Part shown: positions 36,476 through 49,280 of the stretch, piece after piece
Numbering within the stretch: the stretch's first letter is position 1
How the letters are laid out: each line of letters starts with the position of its first letter
Assembly (NCBI RefSeq): GCF_018977255.1
Contig: NW_024704742.1
Span: forward strand, 23,066,001 to 23,130,000
DNA length: 64,000 nt
DNA from: Callorhinchus milii
Lineage: Eukaryota
Direction: 5' to 3'
Made by a program: the position numbers and the translations under genes
The notes under the pieces: model-generated
The model's input: the letters and a program-made list of their open reading frames with translations, nothing else
The model's database searches: none
What the model was told of the DNA's origin: nothing

Positions 36476-39400
36476 AAGAAGAGTAAAACCTTGTCCCCGA
36501 GATGGATGCTTACACGTACCAATGGTCGGGTACTAACAACCACATCTGAAAAAGCAGCAGCAGGTTTGCTGAGTGACTTATAAATCATTCTTCCATTCCC
36601 ATTAATGGACACAAATTTGTTTTGCTTTTAGCCTAGTCGACACAACAGCAATCATAGTGATTGAATAAATCAGAAAGGAAAAATTAACATCACTTTATTC
36701 CATCTGTGACAAATGTTCTCTTGGAGATTAACCACTGAGAGTCAATGCAAGCCATGGATCCAATTCTAGCTGAATAGCTTTAAATATGCGCAACAGGTAA
36801 AGAAACAGGTAACATTTCATTGACTGGAAGTTCTGGGCCTGAATCCCAGACAGCCCTTCACTCTTTCAAGATTGATAAAATCCTCCCAGGAAGGGAAATA
36901 GTGCCTCCCTGAGACTAAACTGAAAGCCAGGCAGGCTGCAGCAAGACAGATGTGGTAGTAGAGTCAGCAGAATGGCCAGGAGGCCAGGACACATTTAAGG
37001 ATCAGTAAGATGCTGTAATGGCAAGAAGATTTAGGTATTCCTAAAGAAAAGATCAAAGGGCTTTCTTTATCCAAAGCTCTATTGTGAACGAAATCCCTTC
37101 TCAGTTTCTTACGTGCAAGAATCATTACTGCAAGAAGCCCTCCACTTCACACTATTCAGATCCACTACCATCTTTTCAATGCAATTTTTGAAAGCTTGAA
37201 TTCAATTTACATTTAAACTCTGCACTACTCCGACTTCCAAAAAAGATTAATTGTTGGCAAGTGAACATTAATGCACATTCAATCATTACCTTGGATAGTC
37301 ACCATCTGGTGCAGTCGCTACAACAATTGTTTAGATTGTATTTACTGTTACATTTCCCTCCGCTCCCCAGTACAGCCCTCCCTGTCCATTACCCCAAAAG
37401 GTGGGCTGGCAGCCTCCTCCTGTATATCTGCCAACATTGGTCCTTAATGTGTTGTCGGGAAATGCACGATAGCAACTTGAGGTCAACCATTTGCAAGATT
37501 TTCCCTTTTCCCAGAAAATAACAATTTACATCTATATAGCTCCTTTCAATTTGGAGGACATCTCAAAGAGCTTCACACAGCTCACTGGGAGACCAAGCTG
37601 GGAGATGGAGCGAAAGGGAGAGGGGCAGCTGACAGTGAGGTAGAAAACATAATTCTTAAGGTGTATTTTGAACGCAGGGAGGGAGACTAAAAGTAGAAAC
37701 ACTCGGATAGAGTTCCACAGAGTGGTGGGGCAAATAGGTCAGGGGACATGAAGCAGTCCGGTTTCCTGGGCCAGGAGCTTGCAGAGGTAGGTAACATGAG
37801 GAAGTTGAGGAAGTGGAGGTGTCTGGAGTCTGATAAATGAAATCTAGGTACCAAACATTTTGAAAAGGTCTTTTAAAACATTTGTTAGTTGTAACTTCTC
37901 ACTTGCATCTGGTGTGCCAGAAAAAATAACCACAAACTCTCAGTTTCAGCCAGAACGAATGCATTCAAATCACAATATCAAAATTGAATGACCTAGACGC
38001 AGGTCCCAATGGGTCAAGCAGGAGAAGGAACTTGCCAGGTGGGTGGTAAATTCAATTCCTTTCTCATGGAATTATAGGATTTATAGGAGGAGAATGAAAA
38101 TATTTAGGGTATATTTCATAAAACAAATACACAAAGTCTGCAATTCTGAGTGAAAAAAATTGAGAAAAACTATGGCTAGATTTTACATCCTAGGAGATTT
38201 AATATGCTATTCTTAAAAAAAGAAATAAATAATTCAGAGTGAGATTGTACTTACACACTCTGCTAAGCTGATTTTATTTTCTCTGCAGAACTGAGGTCCA
38301 TGGCAGCAAATAGTTTGAAAAGGTCATTTAAAATATTTTTCAGCTTTAGCTTCCTACTGTTGCATTAAGAGCGCCTGGAAAAAGCCACCACAAACTCTCA
38401 GTTTAAGCCAGAATGAACTGCATCCAAATGACAATGTCAAATATGTTTACTGAAAGAGATCCGATCAATTTTACAACCCGCCCTCTTCTGCACAGAACAA
38501 CGCGACATTGTTTGAAGTTCTTTGGCTGACTTAATGGCTTGCATGAAGAGCACAGAATAATCAATATGATAAATCTCGTAAATCTGTACATTTTGTGACA
38601 CTATATTACATGTACACAGTAATGGGCAGCTTAAGTAACTCCAAACTCAGACCTTTCATCAATGCAATCAGATACAAACATCAATCCCGAGAATAGCAAG
38701 AGGGGATTCTAACAATTACCATTTGAACAGAGATTTAAAACCATGAGCATAAGGGCAGGAGACAATCAAACGTAGATTCACCCAATCTGTGATGGACATT
38801 AAAGATCCCACGGCAATGTTCGAAAAGAGGAGGGAATTTCTTCTAGCGTCCTAGTGAACAATCCAACAATCTCCCGGATAAAATTGATCACTCCCTGGTT
38901 TGTGCTTGCGCTAATTTAAACCTTTGGACAATTCACTTATAAAATACAGTCACTACATTTTATGGTAGATCATGTAAGGTGTTTTGAGACGTTTTCTCCG
39001 TGTGAGATGCACTATATTGAATCCTAGGATGATTATTATAAACCACACAACAGGACGTAGCTTGTTATTGGCAATGCAGCAACAACATTGCTAAGTTACT
39101 GCACTGCCACAGTTTGCAGAGACTGCCTGGGTTTGGGAACTCTGACCGAGTTTGCAATTCGCAGCCATTCAAATGGACATAAATTGACATAGACTGGCTG
39201 TTGACAGTCCAGGACACAATTGGAATGATCTCAGATGAGCCAATATAATCACGAGACATTAGACAATGGACCTGCCCCTGGCACCATCTGAAACAGATAG
39301 CTTTTGCGAGAGCAAATTTAAACCTTTGGACAATAATACCTGGTTAAAATCTCAATCTGAGAAAAAGAAATCTAATGCCTACCCTCCTGCGAGCGATCAA

Positions 39401-40397
39401 TCTGATTATCTCGCTGGAACGTTGTACAACGAAGAATATCCTAATAGGTGACAGCAGCTGTCAGATAAGTGAAACTCTTCAGCTCTCAATCAGGTTTTCC
39501 AGAGCGAAAATGTAATCACCAAATAAACAAATTAATGGCACCCACAGAGGCTTGGAGGAGTTTGTGCTGTGATAAACATCTTATTTTTGTTGCAATATCC
39601 ATTAAGCAACGGAGACCTTAACGAGAATGAACTGCCATGTGTTCCATCTCATCAACATCTGGAGCTGAATTTCACCAGCAGAACTGGAGGAGGCTTTATT
39701 TCTGTAGGATATTTTATATCATTCATTCATTACTACAAATAGACCAGGGTTGGGGGGCGAGGAAGAATGTTCTGCAAGTTATTCATGCCTCATTCATTTT
39801 TTTTCCCCATTAGTTAGCTGGTCTTTGATTTGCTGTTGAAAGTTATTTCTTTGAGACCCATGATATTTTCTGCCACAATGCTGAGAGTCTGGTTCAGGAG
39901 AGGACATGGGCTGCAGAACCCTAGATGGTTTGCAACTTTCTAAAGAGGAACTGGAGAGTCTGGTGAGCTTGACGTTTGAACAGTCGAGACTAGATGTGAT
40001 GAAAGCATAAATGAGGGCCTCGGCAGTCTGTGGGGGGGTGTGTAGAGGCAAAGGAGGGCAACATTGAGGGAAAGCCAATCAAGTACTTGAAGGACAGTTG
40101 ACAGTCAAACAAGAAACTGAGTTACCAAACCAGCTTTGTGAGGTGTAGTGAGCATCTGTGCAGATCGATGTGGACAGGGCTTTAGATAAGAAGGTGCTGA
40201 TTGGAGCTAGGTAGGAGAGCCTCAGTTTTATTAATATTCATCAGAAGAATGTTTGAGCTCACTTGATGCCTGACAGGTAATCAATCAGAAGAGCATTGCT
40301 CCTGGAATCAGTGTTAAAGGCAGCAGAGAGGTCAAATAAGCAAAGAGAGGCCTGGTCAAGGTTGGTAGAAACGTTGCTTATGACCATAACTTAATCC

Positions 40398-40707
40398 TGT
40401 GGAGTTCTGTAGCTCAGTGGTTAGAGCATTCACCTGGCAAGTGAGGGACCTGGGTTTGATTCCCGGGGAAGGGCGAAATGTTGGGCAAGTTTCCCTACTC
40501 CACACGCCTCTGTTTACCTAGCAGTAAGTAGGAACCTGGTTGTCAGTTGATTGGCAGATCGCTTTTCTGGGGATAATAATTCCTAATAGTTTTGTGGGCA
40601 AAAAATATACAGTCAATTCACTTTACAATGTATTCTGTGAAGCACTTTGAGACTCTCAAAGATGTGATAAAGCGCTATATCAAATGCAAGAATTATTATT
40701 ATTATTA
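40398..40707 (+). mobile_element. tRNA-derived SINE
   Basis: Family head and tail with an internal deletion. Confidence 0.88.
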
Positions 40708-40715
40708 ATCCGGAT

Positions 40716-40850
40716 CACTTTAACAATAGTAAACAGGATCATTAGTAAATAGAGTAAATAGTAAACACTTTAACAATAGTAAACTGGGTCACTAGTAAAT
40801 AGAGTAAATAGTAAACACTTTAACAATAGTAAACTGGGTCACTTTAACAA
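40716..40850. repeat. Minisatellite, about 50 bp unit, about 2.5 copies
   Basis: cactttaacaatagtaaac(a/t)gg(a/g)tca(t/c)tagtaaatagagtaaatagtaaa repeated. Confidence 0.9.
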
Positions 40851-42577
40851 CAATAATGACGGTTCTTCCCAAACGCACGCTGAGATTGTGCTCTGTCCCT
40901 GCAGGCCACCCTGGTGGGAATGATCTGTCACTTGGCTCTGCAGCTGTACCCACTGCTCAGACCCAAGTCTTGGAGAACATTACACCATGTATGAGTACAC
41001 GCCCAGATGCCCAGGTATAAATGATGACAACTGGAACTTGCAGTCACACATGGTTTACGAATGGCTCAGTATTGCCTCAAATGAGAACCTGGAGGATAAG
41101 CAACATATATATGTAAGGCAACTCTTTGAAATTCACGAACCATTCTGCTTGAATCAACCTGCAATACTTACTAGAGGCACCATGAGGAAAAAATTGTAAC
41201 TGGGTCTATTAAACTTTGTCAATATTTAAGAGCAGCCAGAATTTAACTTCCTGGTTTTGAAGGCGGTATTTTGAGAATTCTTATCAAAAACCTGATAAAT
41301 TCTTATCAGGTTTCAACCTTCTCTTTTTCAATGAAAATAGGACTAGCGCCTCTCGTCTGTTCGATGGGCAAACCACTCACCTTGGTATCATCCAGTGAAT
41401 CTCCTCTGGACCCTCTCTAATGGCCTTTCATTATAGGAATCATAGCAAAGGTTTTAACTTTGTGATTACAATAACTGAAAATATTTTTTTTGCTGGCTTC
41501 CACTCTTGTACCCTATTACCAATCTTGCCCTGTAGTTTGGAATTCAAAAGAGTTCTCTCCACATTATGCATGGAAGTAACATTCGCTTTGTCACTGAGAA
41601 GGTTAAAATGGCCCAAAGTTAATGATGTCCAACCTGGGCACTCAGCCATACCCAAAGTTGAGTAATGGTGCATTTTCTATATTCTTGAAAATCCCCCCCC
41701 ACAAAAAAAATTGCTCTCTTGTTGAAAACGGTGCAATAATCAATATAAAATTACATTTATGAAGCACCTTTCATGCCGGGAGGACATCCGAAGGCGCTGA
41801 ACAGTCAGGAATTAGGTCCTGGGGAGGTGCAAAGATTCAAAATCAAGTATTTTATAAGCTCTTCAGGGAGGTGCTTTTTGGCTTCTCTACTAAACCACAA
41901 AGATTAAGTGCCAGATACGGTTCAGGTTTTCTCCCACAGTTCTTTAACACTAATGGGTCCATTTTGCAGGTAATTAAAGTCACTATGTTTCACCCGTAAA
42001 TCTATGTTGAGCTGCATTTATAATGTGTTCTGCAGCAGGACACACGCAGCCAGTGTGAGCCCCTATTCTAATGTGATGGTTATACAATGGTAAGCATGCT
42101 GTATAAATGAAATACCTATCTATCCCCACTTGAAACATCCCAATAGAAGGACATAAAAAATAATTTAGGAAACTGCTACATTTTGCAGTTTAATGGGAAC
42201 CAGGATAGAAAAAAGGCTTAACAGAGGAAAACGAACAGTGTTGATTACATTATCTAAGTTGAAACATCTATTTTCTTTGTACTGTATTGTATTCTACAAT
42301 AAAATACAAAGCAATTGTGTCACTATATTGAGAAGTTTAAATTAAAATGATCCCTCCTCAAATGTGTTGTTTTTGTTGAAACAGGAGAATTTAGCCTTCA
42401 AAAAACTTGCAAAAACACAAAAGAAAATGTGCGTTTAATAAATATTTATAGAAATAAAGTAAACCGTTGCAATTTTCAGCGCATGAAGTGCAATGCACCG
42501 TTTTGCTCGCAAAATATATACAGTCATATACAGTCAATTCACTTTACAGTATATTCTTTGAAGCGTCTCGAGAACGT

Positions 42578-42897
42578 GATAATAATAATAATCCTTGCAT
42601 TTGATATAGCGCTTTTCACGTCGGGAGGACGTCCCAAAGCGCTTCACAGAACACACTGTAAAGTGAATTGACTGTATATCTGTAGGCGAACGCGGCAGCC
42701 AATTGCGCACAGCAATGTCCCACAAACAGTCGTAGATTGAAAATGACCAATCTATTATTGTTTTGTTTTGGAGGGATTATTATTAGGCTCTGTGTGGAGT
42801 AAGGAAACTTGCCCAAGGTTTCGCCCTGACGTGCCTGGGATTGATCTCAGGTCTCTCGCTTGCAAAGTGAGTGCTCTAACCACTGAGCCACAGGACT
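42578..42897 (-). mobile_element. Full-length tRNA-derived SINE, tail-to-tail with a partial plus-strand copy at about 42500-42590
   Basis: Reverse-complement match to 7385-7714. Confidence 0.9.
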
Positions 42898-44059
42898 GCT
42901 ATAACAAATGCAAGGATGATGATCATTATTATCATCAATTTATCTACTGATCAGAAGAGAATTATCAGAACAATTATCACAGCAAAGGGTTTTCCTGTAG
43001 CAAAGTAAATAGCAAAGTAGCTATCTTTTTTCACAAAAATGCATTTTTTTTGCTTGCTATTTTCTTTGTACTGTACAGCAATTAGAGAATAAAATTCATA
43101 AAACACAAAGTAATTATGTCACTATATTGAGAGATTTAAGTTAAAATGCTCCTTCCTCAAATCTGTTGTTCTTGGAGAATTAAATTAAAAACAAAATAAA
43201 ATCACAAGTATTGAGAAATAGGAAAATTACATCAATAAGGAAAGGAATATTTCCATGGAGATGTTGAAGCTAATAGAAACGGGGTTCAAAAAGTGTTTGA
43301 TTGGCAAAGCTGTCATATAACTAGCAAATAGTGGCTGAAAAATAATCTTGTGATATAAACTCTGTTTTCTCCATAGGAAACCCTCTGTGAATGATCCAAA
43401 GGACACTCCCTGTACATCACCCAGCCAAGATTGTGTTTAATTGTGATGCCCACATGGTTGAATGTCCTGCTGACGGTCACTTTCTGGACACAAACATGAA
43501 GACCCACATTGGTGAGATACTAGAGGACAGCTGGCACCCAGGGAAAGGTACAAGTCAACACTTTCATGAAAGCCTTTAGAGGGATAGAACACTGAATTTA
43601 GAGAGGAGAACATTTCCGTTGAAAAAGGAATCCCTAATGGTGTTTATTGTGCAATTTAGAACATGTGCCAAGATAGCCACACAAAGGTTTTCTTTTTATA
43701 AACTATTTTATCCCTCCACTTGTCATTTAGAAACGTGGAAATCTACAGTACACAAGGAGGCCATTTGGCCTGTCGAGTCTGCACTGGCTCTCCGAGTAAG
43801 GAGGTCACTGCAGTTCCATCACCCCGCTTTATCCACATACGCCTTCAAGCTCCGACCTTTCATCTACCTGTCTACTTCCCTCTTGAAAGCTACAATGGAC
43901 TATGCCTACTCTGCAGATCATTCCAGATCCCAACTATTCACTGGGTGAAAACCAGATCCTTCAAAGTTCTCTTTTTGTTGTTCTTGTGGCTATCTTGATT
44001 TATATATATTACATACAGTTTATCATACATCGTTTATTAATATAAAACACAGATCTTAC

Positions 44060-44137
44060 CTGGAGACCTCATAGAGCATTTCCAACAGGATGTTGTAGAA
44101 GCTCGAGTTTGAGTCCTGGTCAGAGACCATTTTCTCC
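44060..44137 (-). CDS. Internal exon EKMVSDQDSNSSFYNILLEMLYEVS (phase 2 to 2)
   Basis: Acceptor tttcttcttcttccaag|, donor CAG|GTAAGA. 78 nt, open frame, phase-compatible with neighbours. Confidence 0.7.
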
Positions 44138-44371
44138 CTTGGAAGAAGAAGAAATAGAATTGCAATTAAAATAATCTTATCAACATTCTTCTACAGCTGC
44201 CAGAGGAGGGTGAGGTTTGGGGTAGGGTAGAATTGGTCAGATTCAATGAGGAAGAAAATGTTAAACTATGCTTTATTTAAATCGGTCGCATTAGTAGTAG
44301 ATTCACTGTCAAATGCCAGTGTCTCAAGTCTGAGTACCGTTTTTTTTTATTTGAACCAACGGCGCCCTCAC

Positions 44372-44511
44372 CTGGTCCAAGACAGGACCATCTTGTAGAA
44401 TAAATATTTTTGGAAACAATCTGCCCGATCCTTTTTTTAATCTATTTCTGCAGCCCTGAGCCTCCACAATGTATCGTTCGTTGAGATGATAGGTGCAAGC
44501 ATCCTTGATCT
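44372..44511 (-). CDS. Internal exon with a frame disruption: RSRMLAPIISTNDTLWRLRAAEID*KKDRADCFQKYLFYKMVLSWTR (phase 0 to 2)
   Basis: NAGNAG acceptor (tttcagtag|) and donor CAG|GTGAGG. In-frame TAA at 44437-44439 overlaps an A7 run. An alternative strong-Kozak ATG (aagATGg) lies at 44389-44391. Confidence 0.5.
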
Positions 44512-45544
44512 CTACTGAAATACTGTCATTACAAACTCAAAGCTTTGCAAATACTCAGAGGTGTAGTTCATCTTTAAACTAGAACTCAAATACGTCCTAG
44601 TATTTGAAAAGGCCTGTGAAATGTTAAAACACAGATTAAAACTACTGTACATTGCAAACTTACTTTTCAGTCATATATTATATTTCACCTTTTCCTGGCA
44701 AACAAAATGGTGATATGGTGTTTATAAAGCACGCTTTGCGATTCATATCACAAGAGAAGGTAGGGATAGCTCAAACAACATGAGGAAGAGATAGTTAACG
44801 GCTAAGGAGAGAATGATACAGGACACAAGGGAGATTGCTTGAAGCATTGCAAGATCTGACTGTACAAAATTTAAAAAAAAAGTAAATAGGAAACTGAAGT
44901 TTAAGTTTATAGCATTGTATTGCTTTCTGATTAAACTAAACTGCCTTCTCTGAAAGAAACTTCCAATAAAATAATGATCTGATGGGCTGAGTACAGCTAC
45001 TTAAAAATAGGTTATAGGAATAAGTCTGGAGGGGTTGAGCTCCCTCTTTTCACCCCTACTGTCTCACCTCCCACTCTGTCCTATCTGGCTTCAAATCTTG
45101 TCTAAAACCCTACCTCTTTGACCATCCTTGCGGGCCATTTCTTCCACATTTTCCCTTGCTCGGAATCTGAGCCCATTCCTGTGAAGCGCTTGGAGATGTT
45201 ATCTTACGTGAAGGGTACTATAGAAATGCAAATTGTTGTTGTTGTTCTGTCACTATCCAGGAAGAACGCACGACTTGTGTTTTGAATAAATATTTGCATG
45301 AAAAATCTGGCTGCTCTACATGCAGGTCATTTCCTGGTTACGTAAAACATCCATGTAGGAATCTGGGCTCTCGTTGAGTTCAGCAATTGGGATAATGAGG
45401 TTTTTCCATCATAGCTGAATGTCACTGCCAGTTAGTCGTCTGTTGCTGATAAAGTTCACACAGGTGATCGGTTTCATTATAAGCCTTAAACAAGCATAAA
45501 AACAGACAAACTAAAACTACATATGAGGCAGGGTCTTGGAGTGC

Positions 45545-46045
45545 TAAACAGTGGCGGAACCAGAGGGAGGGATGAGGTGTCCATAAGCACGGTTGAAGAG
45601 GAACATATTCAGTCGTGATCTAAAAGAGGAGAAAGAAAAAGAGGAGGGATTGGCTGAGATAGATCCAAATCATCGGGGCGTAGTGGCTGAAAACATCTCC
45701 GCCAATAGTGGAGCAGAGGGGATGAGGGACAAGCAGGAGGCAGGGGCAGTGGAATGGGGAGAAAGCAGGTCAGAAAGATAGGGAATTGCCAGGACATCAA
45801 GAGATTTGTAGATAAGTGAAAGGAATTTGAAATCGATCCATTCTGGGACAGGAAGCGAGTGGAGCCTGACAAGGACTGGGGTACAGAGTTTAGTGTGGGT
45901 GAGAATATGGGCTGTGGAATTCTGAATCAGTTGTAGTTTGCGGGTAGTGGAGATGGGGAGACTGGTGAGGAGGAAATTGGAGTACACAAGGCTGGAGATG
46001 ACAAATGTGTGGATGAGGGTTTGGGCTGCATTGGGGGTGAAGTAA
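45545..46045 (-). mobile_element. L2 LINE fragment
   Basis: YSNFLLTSLP...KLQLIQNSTAHILT...LHSLPVPEWIDFK. Confidence 0.88.
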
Positions 46046-46289
46046 GAACCTCACTCAGTCTCGGAGTCTTTAGGATTCAGACAGCTAGAGATGACCCAAA
46101 CATAACCCAACGTTACAGACATACGTAGCCATTAAATGATTTCTGGCACTAAATAAATGTCCTTGGAGATTGCTTGGAATTGTAGTCAGACAAGGTCATG
46201 AAAGAATTTCATGTCTATTACCTCCTCAGCATTTGGTTCTACAGCAAAATATGTATAGATTCTTAAGTGTAGTAGTTCTTAAGCTAGGA

Positions 46290-47127
46290 AAAATAGAAAA
46301 CTGTGAGGAGGAAAGTAGCAGACAGCAAGAGGACATAGACAGATTGGTAAAATGGGCAGAAGTGTGGCAGATGAAGTTTAATGTGGGGAAATGCGAAGTG
46401 ATGCATTTTGAGAGGAAGAATGAGGAGGGGCAATATAAGCTGATGGTAGAATCTTAAAGGGAGTGAAGGAACAGAAAGACCTGAGGGTTCATATCAGTAA
46501 ATCTTTGAAGGTGGCAGGACAGGTAGATAAAGCTGTCCCGTAAAAGCATACGGGACACTAGGCTTTATAAATAGGGGCATAGAATACAAAAGTCAGGAAG
46601 TTATGATGAACCTTCATAAAACCCTGGTTAGGCTTCAGCTGGAGTACTGTGTTCAGTTCTGGGCACTGCATTTTAGGAAGAATGTCAAGACATTGGAGGG
46701 GGGGAAAAGGAGATTTATCATGTTGGAACCAAGAATGAGGGACTTCAGTTATCAGGAGAGGCTAGAGGAGCTCGGATTATTCTCCTTGGAGCAGAGAAGG
46801 TTAAGAGGAGACAATAGAAGTTTTCAATATCATGAGGGGATTTGATAGGGTGAACAAGGAGAAACTATTTCCACTGGTGGGTCGGTCGGTAACCCGAGGA
46901 CACCGTTTTGAAATAGTTGTTGAAAGAAACAGAGGGAAGGTGAGGAGAATTTTTTTCACAAAGCGAGTTGTTCGGATCTTGAATACATTGCCTGAAAGGG
47001 TCATGGAAGCTGATTGCAGGGCTACGGGGAGAGAGCTGAGGAGTGGGATTGATTTGGATAGTTGTTTTCAAACAGCCGGCACAGACACAATAGGCTGAAT
47101 GGCCTCCTGTGCTGTATAATTCTATGA
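46290..47127 (+). mobile_element. CR1 LINE, 5'-truncated (RT C-terminal part and 3' UTR)
   Basis: QEDIDRLVKWAEVWQMKFNVGKCEVMHF, LVRLQLEYCVQFW and LFPLVGRSVTRGH, with frameshifts. Confidence 0.93.
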
Positions 47128-47689
47128 TATTTGCCAGCAGCTTACCCTGGACATGGAATGCTAAATGTCAACAGAATGAAAAGGGAGTGTTTTACCTAAA
47201 CTATGATAGTCGGACAACTACAAGAGTTTATCTGGTTATCAGAATAACTAAATGGCAGATAAATCTCTTAGGCAGGCTTACCAAAACTTGTGTACAGCAG
47301 AGACACTTTTTGAACAGCACCATGCTCAATGGTTCTGCCCATTTTGGAGTCTTTACGATTCAGACATCCAGAGATCACCCAAACATAACCAAACATTGCA
47401 TTAAATCTTTCTGGCATGTTCCATTGGAGATGTCACATATTCTCAGTATCACATTTATAATAAAAGGGAAAATGCTTTTTTTTGAAAAAAGAGAAAATGT
47501 ACTGTAAAATTCAGTTTGACATCTTTAAACATGCTTGGATAAGCGAAAGGGCTCCATTTTTACTTTAAACGCCTTTTCTTCATCATCAAGTAGTATAGTT
47601 TTTGATTGTAGAAAAAGTGATCTATTTCCATCACAAGCCGATGGAATTCTATTCTTTTCATCATCTGAAATAGAGTTACGTAGAAATAG

Positions 47690-48065
47690 AATTAATTGCT
47701 TTTGATATAGCTACTTTCACATCAGGACAATGTCTCAAAGGACTTTACAGAATTTACAGATGTAAAGTGTAAGTGACTGTGCATCTTGTAGGCAGAATCA
47801 AATTGTGTCCAGCAATGTTCCACAAACAGCCATAAAGTGAAATGAACAATTTTATTTGGGGGATTGTTGGTCAGAACACCAGGAAAAAAAACCTCTTTTC
47901 GAATAGTGCCATTGGGATTTTTGACGTCCACCTGAGCAGGCAGAAGGACAGCACCTCCAACAATGGAGTGCAACCCCAACACTATGTGAGTTCAAAGTCC
48001 CGATGTGGGGTTTGAAACCACAATCTTCTGACTCAGGTGAGAAGGCTATCCAACTGAGCCAGGCT
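47690..48065 (-). mobile_element. Deu-domain SINE
   Basis: Reverse complement of tRNA head, Deu core and shared tail. Confidence 0.8.
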
Positions 48066-48471
48066 GAAGCATTTTAATGGATTTGTTTCTGCCTTTTTTC
48101 CTTTCATGGTGCTAACTCCATATCACCCTTCGGTATGTTACCCATAACAACCATTCTTCACACAAGATTGACAGCTCAAGCCATTAAGCAGAGCTCGGTC
48201 TTGTCCTGAACAACCTTTCTAACACACAAACTTTCCAGCAAAGGTTACATTCATCTTAGACTACAAACATACTGCAGCTGCAAGGATGCCTGAGAAGGCT
48301 TAGCTAATTTTTCCATCATTTGAGAGGTACCTACTCTCAGCTCAGTGCCTACTCACAGCTAAAGGTAACTAAAAGACAAAGAGCTCAACAGAGTAAGGTG
48401 CAATTTTATTTTATGCAGTTAGCATAATTCTGGTTACCTTGCCAATGACATTTGAGTTTCTTCGCTGGATG

Positions 48472-48485
48472 GTTGCTATGGTTAC
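48472..48485. promoter_or_regulatory. RFX X-box-like site (GTTGCTATGGTTAC)
   Basis: Near-palindromic X-box match. Confidence 0.45.
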
Positions 48486-49280
48486 CCACATCTATAAAAG
48501 CCTTACATACCACTCCATCAAACCAGCAGTACTGATCTCCAACCAGAACCTATTTTCCACCTGTTGGCAGCAGAAAAAATATCCAATTTCACAAATGCTG
48601 GTGGTGGATGTGAGCTTGAGGAATGATCTGATCAATGATTTTGGGAGAACCATAGTAGCAATATCAATCCACTCTGCTACTTCTCTCCCTTGTTTGGGGG
48701 TATGCCAATAATGGAAATGGAACTGGAGATAGAGATAGAGATGGAACTGTATAGAAATAAAATTCAGGTCCATTGCCATCTAAAAGCCCTGCTCCCTGGG
48801 TCTCTTCAGTAGTTGACAGTCTAAACTGCACTATTCGAAAAGAAAAGGGAGTTTCTCCCATAGTCCTGGGAGAAAATGTAATCTTTGACTTCTTGACTGT
48901 TTGTGGGACACTGCTGTGTGCAAACTGGCAGCTGTATTCACCTACAAATACAGTCAGTCCACTTCACAGTAAAATCCTGTGAAGTGCTTTCAATCCACCC
49001 CACACTCCTGAGATGTCTCAACGACGTGATAAGGTGCTCCATCAAATCCAAGGATTAATAAAGTTCTGCAGTTACCATGATTAAGGTGTACTCAGAAAAC
49101 TATTAATTTAAAAGAATTAAATTGACACAAAGTGCTTATTATAAGCATCTGTCTACAAATATAGTCACTAGACTTTACAGTAAATCCTGTGAAGCGCTTT
49201 GAGGCATATTGTCAGTGTCATCAGGTGCTATATTTTAGACATCTCAACGACATGATAAGGCCTATATCAAATGCAAGGAC

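Noticed and set aside
40716..40850. CRISPR-like repeat array
   Set aside because: Contiguous tandem repeat without unique spacers, in a eukaryotic context with no cas genes.
41381..41420. Minus-strand mini-exon with a strong GTGAGT donor
   Set aside because: The sequence is a CR1 remnant (LERVQRRFT.MIP).
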